Source: an uncultured Chloroflexia bacterium (GTDB lineage: Bacteria; Chloroflexota; Chloroflexia; QHBQ01; JADMIH01). From it: a stretch of 64,000 bases of DNA. Shown piece after piece: positions 48,331 through 58,112 of this stretch (its first letter is position 1; each line of letters begins with the position of its first letter). The stretch covers positions 128,001 to 192,000 of the forward strand of contig CAWCNY010000006.1 in the NCBI GenBank assembly GCA_963797095.1, given 5' to 3'. The notes below the pieces were generated by a model that had not been told where the DNA came from, ran no database searches, and saw nothing but the letters and a program-made list of their open reading frames with translations. The position numbers and the translations under genes were made by a program.

Positions 48331-48689
48331 CGCTCTTTGTCCTCCGCAGCCATTTCGGACTGATCCGAAAAGTCGCTCAGGTAGGCCTCCAGCTTGCCAA
48401 GACCATCATCACTCTCCAACAGCCGGGCTACGCTGCCGATAGAAGTTGTGCTCCTTCGTGATAATGGCCCCAGCGCACCCAGGAACGGCTCCAGCGCCCA
48501 AGCGAATTGCCCAGCTATCCAGTGCAAAGGTTTCAAGGCATCAAGCGCTACCCGCGCCGTCCCTCCCATGCCTGCGCGGTTTATAGCTTGCGCAAGCCTG
48601 TATGCTTCACTGTTAGGTTGTTCTCCTGATATGGAGCGTGTGGGCTTTTCGTTGCCTGGAGTGGCTGCCAAGAGTTCCCGTCCTTTCAT
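48327..48689 (-). CDS. Hypothetical protein (first gene of the GlmL cluster)
   Basis: 120 aa with LDALKPL..IAGQ..W..EP; ATGA overlap with the next gene. Confidence 0.72.
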   Translation of the reverse strand: MKGRELLAATPGNEKPTRSISGEQPNSEAYRLAQAINRAGMGGTARVALDALKPLHWIAGQFAWALEPFLGALGPLSRRSTTSIGSVARLLESDDGLGKLEAYLSDFSDQSEMAAEDKER

Positions 48690-48839
48690 GGGCTGGGGAG
48701 TGGAGTCACATTATAGCTATGCGCAGCTACTATGGTCAAGAAATCACATTAAGTTCCTCGAATGTGGAAAACAATATTAAATTTTAAGAAGGACGACGGC
48801 GCGTGCGCCGTCGTCCTTGTTGTTGCCAGGTCGCGGAGA

Positions 48840-51800
48840 CTATCGTTCGGTGGTAGCACAACCTGGGAAGAATGTGTTGGCCACTATCTTGGAGGCTTGC
48901 CCTCTCGTCGCATTGGCTCCTGGCCTGAAGTATGGCAGGTTGGCAGGGCCTACACATGGCTCTCCCACTCCTCCACATGCGTACCCGTTCATGATGCCCC
49001 GGTCCGTCAGCCTCCATATCCAGTCGTAGAAGGTTGACCCTGGCAGTACGTCCTGGAACTGCTGGTCTCCTACCGGGTCCGAGTACCCCGCTGCCTCTGA
49101 CACTATCTTGGACAGTTGTCCTCTCGTCACGTTGGCATTCGGTCTGAAGTACGGCAGGTTCCCTGGGCCTACACATGGCTCTCCTGGTCCTCCACATGGG
49201 TACCCTGCGATGATGTCGCGGCTGGCCAGCCTCCCTATGAAGTCGTAGAAGGTTGAACCGAGTGGCACATCCTCGAAGCGCTGGGGACCTGGGTCATCAT
49301 TGTAGCCAGCTGAGTTGGACACTATCTTGGACAGTTGTCCTCTCGTCACGTTGTTGTTGGGGCGGAAGCATGGGTTGCCGCTCTCGCACCCTGAGGTGTA
49401 ACCGTTGATGATGCCCCTACATGCCATGCAGGTGATGTAGTCGTAGAAGGTAGAGCCTGGGGGCACGTCAGTGAAGGTGATGGAGCAAGCTGTGGGGGTG
49501 GCGGTTGGTGGCACAGGTGTGTTGGTAGGCTCAGTAATGGGAGTATTGGTAGGCTCAGTAATGGGAGTATTGGTAGGCTCAGTAATGGGAGTATCGGTGG
49601 GAGGCACAGGCGTGTCGGTGGGTGGTACAGGTGTGTCGGTGGGGGTAGCTGTAGGCTCGGCACATGGTGTGATCGATGGAGGAGTGCCCATCGTGAAGCG
49701 GAAAGCGGTGTTGCTGCCCAACCTGCCCGGCTGGTTGAAGGAAAGCTGGATCGCAGATGTGCCGTTGTCGTCCTCGATACCTGCGGTTGAGCTATAGCCA
49801 TATCCAAACGCGGCATCCAGGTCTTCATAGACTATGGTGATACGATTGGTGGTTTCTTCAAGCTGTACCTCGAACGTGATTGGATCGTTTAGGCTCCCGC
49901 CTCCGTTCGTACCAGCTACGTCTCGCCACTCGATGACGAACGTACAATTCGGTGCGCTGCCTGATACCCCTGTGTAGACGTCACCATACGCGATGGCACG
50001 CGGGTCCACAGCCAGGTCGTCCCAATATGGATAGATGGCATTGTTGGGGTAGTTGTAATTGGAGGTGTGGGTAGTAGGGCCGGGGTTGGGTATTCCGGTG
50101 TTGGCCCACATCCTGGCGAAAGTGAAATCCTTAAACGTCAGGAAGCCATTGGTGCTGACGTTGAGGGTCGTATATGTGCCCGTGTAGTAGTTGAAGGCGA
50201 ATGGCAGCGTTACCGCCGAGTATCCATCTTCGTAATCATCGAACGTCAGAGCGGTTGTGCCTGCTATCCAGTTGGGCGTTGGCATATCTACGACGTATGT
50301 GCTGTCATAAGCCGGGCCGAATGTGAAGTCATGTGTCATAGCCGCGCCGACATTTACGACATCTACAATTGGCTGGTAACCTGCGCCCGCATCGGCTGTG
50401 AACGTGTAGGTTCCGGCGGGTAGGTTCACGCTGTACATTCCGCTAACCGGGTTGTTTTGCACAACCAACGATGCAGGCGGGTCGATAGTCACCGTGCCGG
50501 ACAAAGGCGCGCAAGAGCCGTTCTCGAAGAGATAACCTGATACCGCAAAGGTCGGTAGAGGTGTGAGGCTGACGTTGAGCACCGGGCTTGTATCGGTGAG
50601 CCAACTCTGCCCGCTGAGATTGGCGGTCTGGTATCCGAATGCCGATACGGTTACATCATAGGTACCTGCCAGCACAGTCATGCTGTAAGCGCCGCTGGCG
50701 TGCGTCACTACCGAGTAGGTATCGCCGTCGCTTGTTCGCTGAGCGGTAACATGAGCTCCCTCGATTGCGGAGCCATCGCTCACGGTGCCGCTGACATGCG
50801 GGCCGTGTACCGCCATTTCGATAGCGGTATCAGCCTGCACAAGACCCCAACCATAGTTGTTGTTAGGGCGTGCGCCCCAGGATGCCTGGAAGTAGGCGGT
50901 GCGGGTCAGAATGCCCATTACGTCTGTGTACGTAAGCGAAGGGTTGGCCGACAGGACGAGAGCCATCACGCCTGATACGTGAGGCGTTGCCATAGATGTG
51001 CCTGAGATCGAACCGTAGGTGTTGCCGGGGAAGCTGGAGCGCACGTTTACGCCTGGTGCGTTTACGTCCGGCTTGACAACTCCTCCCCAGCACGAAGGTC
51101 CACGGCTGGAGAAACTGGCGATGGTCAGGTTCGAGGCGTTAATAGCGCCGACGCCGATCAGGAATGGATATCCACCAGGGGAGCCGACTGTTCCGGCTGA
51201 GGGCCCCGCGTTGCCGTTGGCGAACGACGGCATAATACCTGCGTCGATCCAGGCTTGCATGATGAGCCAGCTATCGGTGTTCCAACATTCGTTGTCGCCC
51301 CATGAGTTAGTGACGATATTGGGCCGGAGGTCGGGGCGGCGGTTCTCTCCATTGAGATCCCAGGGCGCAAGCATAAAGTCTTCCGCAGGGGTGATCTCTT
51401 CGTTACCCGACGAGCCGCCACCAATGCCGGTAGGGAAGACCTTGGCGGCGATCCACTTGGCGTGCGGTGCTACACCAATCTGATTGGTCAGGGTGGGATC
51501 TTCGCCCAACACCGTGCCCATTGTATGCGTACCGTGTCCATTGTCATCGTATGGTACAGGTGAAGGAGTGGCATCTGCGCGGGCATCCCACCAGTTGTAA
51601 TTGTGGTCATAGGAGCCATCGCCCAGGTAGCCCCTGTACTGGCGGAATAGGGCTTCGTGTGTATAGTCAACCCCGGTATCGATACTTCCTACGACTATAC
51701 CCTGGCCGAAGTAACCCTCGGCCCATGCCTGGGGTGCATGTACCGTCTGCACGCCTAATTCGACGGTGTCGGGAGAGTTGGAATCGACCACACTGGACGT

Positions 51801-52427
51801 ATCAACGGACCCGGCCTCCATGCTCGATGCCGTGTCATCCATCAGATAGTAGCGGTGATCGGCTTCAATGTACGCCACATCGTTCAGGCGGCCCAAAGCG
51901 CGCGCTGCCGCTTCGTTACCGTGGACGAAAATGGCGTTGATAATGGTGAACTGGCTCACTTTGCCGTTGATATTGCCCAATCCCTGCTGGCGCGCCACCT
52001 CTTGCATTACACGCGGCTGGGTGGCCTGTGCTGTGCGCTGAAGCAGATCGAGTACGTAGCTACCTTTGTCGTTCCAGCTATTGATGCTGTTAGCAGTGTC
52101 GGCTTGAGCTTTCAGATAGACCATAAAGCCCACAGTGCTGTTGCCCGCAGAATCAAGCTGTCCTCTGAGCTTGTTACTGATTTTGGTGGCCGGATCGAAG
52201 CTGATCTCCGGCTGCGTGAGCCACCAGTTACCGCGCAATGGTATACCGGCCAGCGCGGGATCTGCCAGTGCGGGGTCTGACTGAGTTGTACCGGCAGTGC
52301 TGCTGCTTGCGGCTGCTGTGCCGGTAGGATAGGCGGCCTGTGCGTTCCAGGGCCGCCAGGCGAGTGCGGCGAGGGCAAACAACGCGATGCCCAGGCCGAT
52401 CATTAGGTAGATGCGCCTTCTTTGCAT
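48840..52427 (-). CDS. S8 subtilisin-like serine peptidase (bacillopeptidase F-like) with beta-sandwich domains, a PT linker and SLH repeats
   Basis: Catalytic motifs IDTG, HGTHTMG and GTSMATPH; signal peptide; C-terminal FxDV...TRGQ SLH repeats. Confidence 0.95.
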   Translation of the reverse strand: MQRRRIYLMIGLGIALFALAALAWRPWNAQAAYPTGTAAASSSTAGTTQSDPALADPALAGIPLRGNWWLTQPEISFDPATKISNKLRGQLDSAGNSTVGFMVYLKAQADTANSINSWNDKGSYVLDLLQRTAQATQPRVMQEVARQQGLGNINGKVSQFTIINAIFVHGNEAAARALGRLNDVAYIEADHRYYLMDDTASSMEAGSVDTSSVVDSNSPDTVELGVQTVHAPQAWAEGYFGQGIVVGSIDTGVDYTHEALFRQYRGYLGDGSYDHNYNWWDARADATPSPVPYDDNGHGTHTMGTVLGEDPTLTNQIGVAPHAKWIAAKVFPTGIGGGSSGNEEITPAEDFMLAPWDLNGENRRPDLRPNIVTNSWGDNECWNTDSWLIMQAWIDAGIMPSFANGNAGPSAGTVGSPGGYPFLIGVGAINASNLTIASFSSRGPSCWGGVVKPDVNAPGVNVRSSFPGNTYGSISGTSMATPHVSGVMALVLSANPSLTYTDVMGILTRTAYFQASWGARPNNNYGWGLVQADTAIEMAVHGPHVSGTVSDGSAIEGAHVTAQRTSDGDTYSVVTHASGAYSMTVLAGTYDVTVSAFGYQTANLSGQSWLTDTSPVLNVSLTPLPTFAVSGYLFENGSCAPLSGTVTIDPPASLVVQNNPVSGMYSVNLPAGTYTFTADAGAGYQPIVDVVNVGAAMTHDFTFGPAYDSTYVVDMPTPNWIAGTTALTFDDYEDGYSAVTLPFAFNYYTGTYTTLNVSTNGFLTFKDFTFARMWANTGIPNPGPTTHTSNYNYPNNAIYPYWDDLAVDPRAIAYGDVYTGVSGSAPNCTFVIEWRDVAGTNGGGSLNDPITFEVQLEETTNRITIVYEDLDAAFGYGYSSTAGIEDDNGTSAIQLSFNQPGRLGSNTAFRFTMGTPPSITPCAEPTATPTDTPVPPTDTPVPPTDTPITEPTNTPITEPTNTPITEPTNTPVPPTATPTACSITFTDVPPGSTFYDYITCMACRGIINGYTSGCESGNPCFRPNNNVTRGQLSKIVSNSAGYNDDPGPQRFEDVPLGSTFYDFIGRLASRDIIAGYPCGGPGEPCVGPGNLPYFRPNANVTRGQLSKIVSEAAGYSDPVGDQQFQDVLPGSTFYDWIWRLTDRGIMNGYACGGVGEPCVGPANLPYFRPGANATRGQASKIVANTFFPGCATTER

Positions 52428-52598
52428 TTATTTCTCCTTCTCTCTAAAGGACAATGGGTTTTTGTGCCCAGAGGCAATGGGCGAGGCGAATAGAATTATA
52501 GCAGGGCACTCGTAGTGAGTCAACCCCGCTATAAATTGAATTTATACTAAACTGCCAGATCTGTAGAAAAATATTTTAGGTTGGCATGGATAGTAATT

Positions 52599-55500
52599 TT
52601 ACGGGTTGCACCCTGGGAAGAACGTATTACTAACGATCTTGCTTGTCTGCCCGCGCGTCACTGTGCCGTTTGGCCTGAAATATGGCCTGTCATCGGGCGA
52701 TACGCAAGGCTCGCCCGGCCCACCGCATGGGTAGCCGCTCATCACGCTTCTGCTGACCAGTCTCTCCGTGAAAGTGTAGAAAGTGGCGCCGGGCGGCACA
52801 TCCTCGAAGGTCTGGCCGCTTACCGTTTCATTGAAGTTCGCGGCATTGCTGACGATCTTGGTTGTTTGCCCTCTTGTAGAGGAGCTGTTTGGCCTGAAAT
52901 ATGGCCTGTCATCGGGCGATACGCAAGGCTCGCCCGGCCCACCGCATGGGTAGCCGCTCATCACGCTTCTGCTGACCAGTCTCTCCGTGAAAGTGTAGAA
53001 AGTGGCGCCGGGCGGCACATCCTCGAAGGTTTGACCTGATACAGAGTCGTTGAAGCCAGCCGCCTCGGATACAATTTTGGTGAGTTGCCCCCTGGTTACA
53101 GGATTATTCGGCCTGAAATAAGGAAGGTTGTCCGGTGCGATGCATGGCTCGCCCGGCCCACCACAGGGGTAGCCCGATAGTATGCCCTGGCACGCAAGGC
53201 AGCGCACGAAGGTATAGAAGGTGCTGCCAGCAGGCACGTCCTGGAACCCGATTGGGCAGGAGCCGGGCGTGGATGTGGCTCGCGGCGTGTTCGTCGCCGT
53301 CACGGGCGGGGTCGCAGTGGGCGTTGGAGGTTGCAGCCCGCCGCTGCATACTATGGCTTCGTTGCTTTCCACATAGCTGCCATTCCACCCGCCAATCGCC
53401 AGCAGCGAATAGCTGTTCGGGCTGTAGGTGGCTGCCAGCGTGCGCCGCGCAGTATTCAAGCTGGATATAGGCTCCCAGCTATCGGTCAGCGGGTTGTATC
53501 TTTCAGCCGTGTTGGTGTAGTCCAGATAGCCGCCGCCTACCGCGTAGAGGAAGCCTCCGCACCCCGGCGTGCCGGTATCCAGGCCTACCACGGCCACTCC
53601 GCCCCTCGGGAGGTTCATCGGCTGAACTGTGCTCCAGCTATTGGTGGCAGGGTTGTATGCTTCCACTGTCGAGAGGTCGGTAAAGCCTCCAGGGATCCCT
53701 CCAGCCGCGTATATCAGCCCGTCCAGAGCGGCGGCACCCAGGTACACGCGTGCGGTGGGCATCGGCGCTTTGGTCTGCCAGCGGCTACCAGCGGGCCGCG
53801 TCGGGTCATATTCGTAGACGGTATTCTTCGCCTGCAAAGTGTCGTCCGAGCCTCCGATCACATAGAGTTTGCTATTGTACACGGCCACTCCCGCCCCGAA
53901 GCGTGGGGCGGGCAATGGGTCGCTGGTGAGCGTCTCTACGCGGTTTTGCAGGGGGTAGTATACCTGCAACAGGTTCTTAGTGGAGGCGGTATCGCCGCTA
54001 TAGCCGCCGGGGATGTAGATGGCGCTGCCGATCACCCCGGCCCCTACATTGCTCACGCCGGTGTTCAAGGAAGCACGCTGCGTCCAGGTGTTAGCCAGCG
54101 GGTCGTACTCCATAATTGGCATGTTGGTGTTGCCGTTGTTGTACTCGCCACCGAGCGCGTATATGCGCCCGTTGGGCACGAACGCCACCGCCGCCTCGCG
54201 GCTGCGCGGCAACAGCATGTCGGCCTTACGAACCCACACTCCTGCCGTGGTGGTCATGACGGTCTGCCCGAAGAACTGTCCAGGGCTGGGTAGCTGCCCG
54301 GATGCGTTCAAGGTAAGCACATCGCTGGCTCCCAGCGTCGCCCCCGAGGGCACGAACACGGTTACTGTAACAGGAGTGGATGCGTCGGGTGAGAGATTGC
54401 TGGTTACGGCCGGGGTTACGCTGGCGGACCAATCGACACCTTCCAGTGACATATCGAAATAGTTATCTTGCCCGCTCTTATTTATCAGGCTTGTTGTGAA
54501 GGTTACCGGGCTGCCGTAATCTCCGGCCCTCGTTTGTCCCGGCGGTGCAAAATCGACCCCTTCCGTGCTTACCGTGGTGGTTATCAAGGCGGTATCTGTG
54601 AAGGTACCGGGCGTGGGCAGGTCGGAGCTTACATCGACGCGTGCCGTATCCACTTCACCGAGGGGAGTGCCCGGCGGTATTTGCACCTGCACGGTTATGT
54701 CGGTTTTGCCACCGCTCGGTATCAAGCCTGTATTCGCGGGGCTGACGGTGGTGGTCCACACTCCGGAAGCCGCCGACAGCGCGAAGGAATTGTTTATGCC
54801 TGTGGCGTTCACCACAGATTCCGTGTATACGACGCTAGCGCCGGGCGCTCCGCCTCCCGCCCTGGTGCCGGGTTGCAAGAATACATCCTGCTGCACCCTG
54901 TAGCGTATCGCCCGCGACGGCGACAGGTCATCCACATAGCAGAGATAGGCAAGCCCTACACTACCATCAGCATTCTGAATACCTACCACGCCCTTCGATC
55001 CTGCGACGCCCGTCCCGTTGAGGGTCTGGTATTGGAAGACAATGTCGCCGTTTTCGTAGATAAGTGTTTCGATGGTGGCGCGCACGTTCGGGTTGCCGTA
55101 CTCGTAGACATTACGCCACTCGACCACGTAGATACGGTTGGGGGCAGTGCCGATTATGTCTGTGTAGACTCCGCCTTGTACAGTGTCGGTAATGAGGGGC
55201 ACGATGAAATCGTACCAGAGGGGGGCCACCATGGCTTTCGGCACGTATTGACTGATAGAGGGCACACATTCAAAACTCTTCCCCGGCCAGTAGTCGTTTG
55301 GCAACCCGAAATGTACATTGCCGTTAGTTGAAACGTGTGCCTGAGTATAATTCACGCCATAGAAGTTGAACACAAACGGGAGCGTGTAAGTCACGACGCC
55401 GTCATCATAGGGATAGGTGGGATCGCCGGTGCGCACCAGGGTCCATGCGCCGTCGCCTATACGCTGGGTGGCCTCAACCCAGTTGTAGACCGGCCCTCCA

Positions 55501-55778
55501 GGGTCGCGGTCGTCGCTGAATACGTATCCGAACTCATCCGGTCCACCCTGCCTGTCGGGGTATGTGCGGTCGGGTTGAGGGTGATCTCCCGTCTCATATG
55601 GAGGGGGCACGGACGACTTGCCGGTCGGGAGGATCGCCTGGGCGCTCTGCCCGGTCGAGGCCGCCATTTGCGAACGTGTGGGTATTTTGTGACCAGCCTG
55701 TGCCATCTCCAGCGCCAGTGACATTGTGATCGCGCTGAGCATGAGCAGCCCGAAAAATATGATAGCGCCCCTTTTCAT
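52599..55778 (-). CDS. SLH-anchored surface protein with nidogen-like, Ig-like and Kelch-repeat domains
   Basis: Signal peptide MKRGAIIFF, STNG...APLWYD, Kelch IYALGG/LYVIGG...YDP..W repeats and three SLH repeats. Start trimmed from 55964. Confidence 0.88.
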   Translation of the reverse strand: MKRGAIIFFGLLMLSAITMSLALEMAQAGHKIPTRSQMAASTGQSAQAILPTGKSSVPPPYETGDHPQPDRTYPDRQGGPDEFGYVFSDDRDPGGPVYNWVEATQRIGDGAWTLVRTGDPTYPYDDGVVTYTLPFVFNFYGVNYTQAHVSTNGNVHFGLPNDYWPGKSFECVPSISQYVPKAMVAPLWYDFIVPLITDTVQGGVYTDIIGTAPNRIYVVEWRNVYEYGNPNVRATIETLIYENGDIVFQYQTLNGTGVAGSKGVVGIQNADGSVGLAYLCYVDDLSPSRAIRYRVQQDVFLQPGTRAGGGAPGASVVYTESVVNATGINNSFALSAASGVWTTTVSPANTGLIPSGGKTDITVQVQIPPGTPLGEVDTARVDVSSDLPTPGTFTDTALITTTVSTEGVDFAPPGQTRAGDYGSPVTFTTSLINKSGQDNYFDMSLEGVDWSASVTPAVTSNLSPDASTPVTVTVFVPSGATLGASDVLTLNASGQLPSPGQFFGQTVMTTTAGVWVRKADMLLPRSREAAVAFVPNGRIYALGGEYNNGNTNMPIMEYDPLANTWTQRASLNTGVSNVGAGVIGSAIYIPGGYSGDTASTKNLLQVYYPLQNRVETLTSDPLPAPRFGAGVAVYNSKLYVIGGSDDTLQAKNTVYEYDPTRPAGSRWQTKAPMPTARVYLGAAALDGLIYAAGGIPGGFTDLSTVEAYNPATNSWSTVQPMNLPRGGVAVVGLDTGTPGCGGFLYAVGGGYLDYTNTAERYNPLTDSWEPISSLNTARRTLAATYSPNSYSLLAIGGWNGSYVESNEAIVCSGGLQPPTPTATPPVTATNTPRATSTPGSCPIGFQDVPAGSTFYTFVRCLACQGILSGYPCGGPGEPCIAPDNLPYFRPNNPVTRGQLTKIVSEAAGFNDSVSGQTFEDVPPGATFYTFTERLVSRSVMSGYPCGGPGEPCVSPDDRPYFRPNSSSTRGQTTKIVSNAANFNETVSGQTFEDVPPGATFYTFTERLVSRSVMSGYPCGGPGEPCVSPDDRPYFRPNGTVTRGQTSKIVSNTFFPGCNP
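52668..53030. repeat. Identical 144-bp direct repeat (SLH module duplication)
   Basis: 52668-52811 is identical to 52887-53030. Confidence 0.9.
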
Positions 55779-56299
55779 GCCCATATTGACCTGCCCATAT
55801 GCAAACACAGGCTTGTCATCATGAGGAAAGTCGCGGCGTGTGCTGGATCGCATATCAAGGGTCACTCCTCTAGTGGCTGGCCGGGCAAAGGGAGGCTTGC
55901 TCGCGGTATCTAATTGTCGCGAAAGGTATGCTGCTTTGTCAAATGGACGGAGGACGAAAGACAATGGACAGTTATCGGAATGTCCTTCTAACGCTTTAAC
56001 GTTTCAGTTTTACATTCATTACCATTTCTTGCTTCATGCTGGAGTACGGCAATTAGCCCAGCGTTATTTACGTAGCACATTACGTAATTCGGGTGATGGT
56101 TCCCTGGAAGTAAGCCGTTATACTGGCGCGTACCGAAATGTACCGGTGGGATGTAGACCAAATACCTATTTACCCCTCCCACCATCCGCCTTTACAGTGA
56201 GGTAGACGCCCGGCGCGGGCTGGGCGCGGCGCGTTTTGCGCTTCTATATCAAATTTGCATCAAATTTGCGCTTCTATATCAAATGGGAAGATAATGATC

Positions 56300-57412
56300 A
56301 TGTTTGACCTCAAACTCACTTACCGTTCACGCTCGGCTTCGATCATGCTGGCCCTGTCGTTGCTGACTTCGGTCTTCTTTGTCGCGGACGCAAGCGCCCA
56401 GACGGGTAGCAAGAACGGCGGTACCAATCCCACCCCTGACCCCATAAGCGCAGGGGCACTACCCGACGCACAAGATGCGCCTCTTACCTGTGCGCCGCCT
56501 TTCAGCGACGTGCACACTTCCGATTTCTACTTCGACAGCGTGCGTTACCTCTTCTGCTCGGGCGCGATCGGCGGCTACTCGGACAACACCTTCAGGCCGG
56601 GCAGCCCCACATCGAGGGGACAGTTTTCGAAGATTATCGTGATGGCGATGGGTTGGCCTTTACTGAACCCATCTTCGCCAACGTTCAATGATGTGCTGCC
56701 CGGCAGTCCATTCTATACATATGTAGAGACCGCTGCTTCGCACGGCATCATATCGGGTTACGGCAATGGCTCCTTCGGCCCCGGCGATCCTGTTTCGCGC
56801 GGGCAACTTGTCAAGATGGTGGTGCTGTCGGAAGGTTGGGCTCTGGTCAACCCGTCCTCGCCTACTTTCAGCGATGTGAGGCCAGGCAGCCCCTTCTACG
56901 CCTACGTGGAGACGGCCACCGCCCATGGGGTTATCGAGGGCTATCCGGATGGCACCTTCAAGCCGAGCGCGGGCACCACTCGCGGGCAGGTGTCCAAGGT
57001 TATTTATTACGCACGTACCAGCGCGATCACATCGCTGGAACAGCAGACGATGGACCTGATCAACGCCAGGCGTGTGGCTATGGGACTTGTGGCCCTTCGT
57101 TACGATGCGGCTCTGCATCGCGCCACCCTCAGGCATGTGAACGACATCGGGCCTCAGGGTTTGTGCCAGCACGACGGCACCGACGGCAGCTCGCCGTGGG
57201 ACAGGGCCTCGGAGGCGGGCTATACAGGCTTCGCGATGGGCGAGGTGGTGGGATGCGGGTATCCGACGCCACAGGCGATAGTTGACGGATGGTGGAACAG
57301 CCCCGGCCACTACGCCGTGCTCACGTCGCCGGACGCCCGTGCCATCGGCTGTGCCTGGTGGGTGAACAGCGCGGGCTACGGCTGGCAGGCGTGCCTCACC
57401 GGGAACCCGTGA
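56300..57412 (+). CDS. SLH-domain protein with a C-terminal CAP/SCP domain
   Basis: Signal peptide, three FxDV...SRGQ/TRGQ repeats, LINARR, HDGTDGS, GEVV and WWNSPGH. Confidence 0.9.
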   Translation: MFDLKLTYRSRSASIMLALSLLTSVFFVADASAQTGSKNGGTNPTPDPISAGALPDAQDAPLTCAPPFSDVHTSDFYFDSVRYLFCSGAIGGYSDNTFRPGSPTSRGQFSKIIVMAMGWPLLNPSSPTFNDVLPGSPFYTYVETAASHGIISGYGNGSFGPGDPVSRGQLVKMVVLSEGWALVNPSSPTFSDVRPGSPFYAYVETATAHGVIEGYPDGTFKPSAGTTRGQVSKVIYYARTSAITSLEQQTMDLINARRVAMGLVALRYDAALHRATLRHVNDIGPQGLCQHDGTDGSSPWDRASEAGYTGFAMGEVVGCGYPTPQAIVDGWWNSPGHYAVLTSPDARAIGCAWWVNSAGYGWQACLTGNP

Positions 57413-57513
57413 ACCTCTAGTTCAAACTCCTTTATTCTTTGGTTCAGATATTGAACCCTCGCGGCGCGACGGGCGTATCAAGAATTGCTACCGGCAATAA
57501 GGAGCAATCAGCC

Positions 57514-58014
57514 ATGAATACGCAAGTCCGCCGCGAACCTGTTGGGCCAGGGGAGGAGTCGGTGTGGGACTATCCACGCCCGCCGAGGCTCGAAGCAACA
57601 AGCAGGCATGTTGAAGTGATCTTCAACGGCGTCAGAATCGCCGATAGCTATCGAGCCTTTCGCGTGCTCGAAACGAGCCACCCGCCCGTCTATTACATCC
57701 CCGCCGAGGACGTGAGGATGGTGTTTCTTACGCTCACCGAACGCAGCACCTACTGTGAGTGGAAGGGTGGTGCGACCCACTACACTATCACTGTCGATGA
57801 AGAGTCGGTGCCGGATGGGGCGTGGGCATACCTTACTCCAATCGCGGGTTTTGGGGAGATCGCGGGGTATATCGCATTTTACCCGGCGCTGATGGATGCC
57901 TGCCTGGTGGATGGCGAGCAGGTTCGCGCACAGCCTGGTGGCTACTACGGAGGCTGGATCACTCATGAAGTGAAAGGGCCATTCAAGGGAGAGCCTGGGA
58001 CGGTTGGATGGTAG
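57514..58014 (+). CDS. DUF427 family protein
   Basis: ESVWDYPRPP, VLETSHPPVYY, CEWKG and GGWIT...GPFKG. AGGAG RBS. Confidence 0.92.
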   Translation: MNTQVRREPVGPGEESVWDYPRPPRLEATSRHVEVIFNGVRIADSYRAFRVLETSHPPVYYIPAEDVRMVFLTLTERSTYCEWKGGATHYTITVDEESVPDGAWAYLTPIAGFGEIAGYIAFYPALMDACLVDGEQVRAQPGGYYGGWITHEVKGPFKGEPGTVGW

Positions 58015-58112
58015 CGGGGTGGCGTGGGCTGTGAAAGTTGTATATGTGAAAGTTGTATAATTGGACATAGCCCAGCGCCCGCGGTTATCGAGATAGGAAC
58101 AGGCAGGAATAG

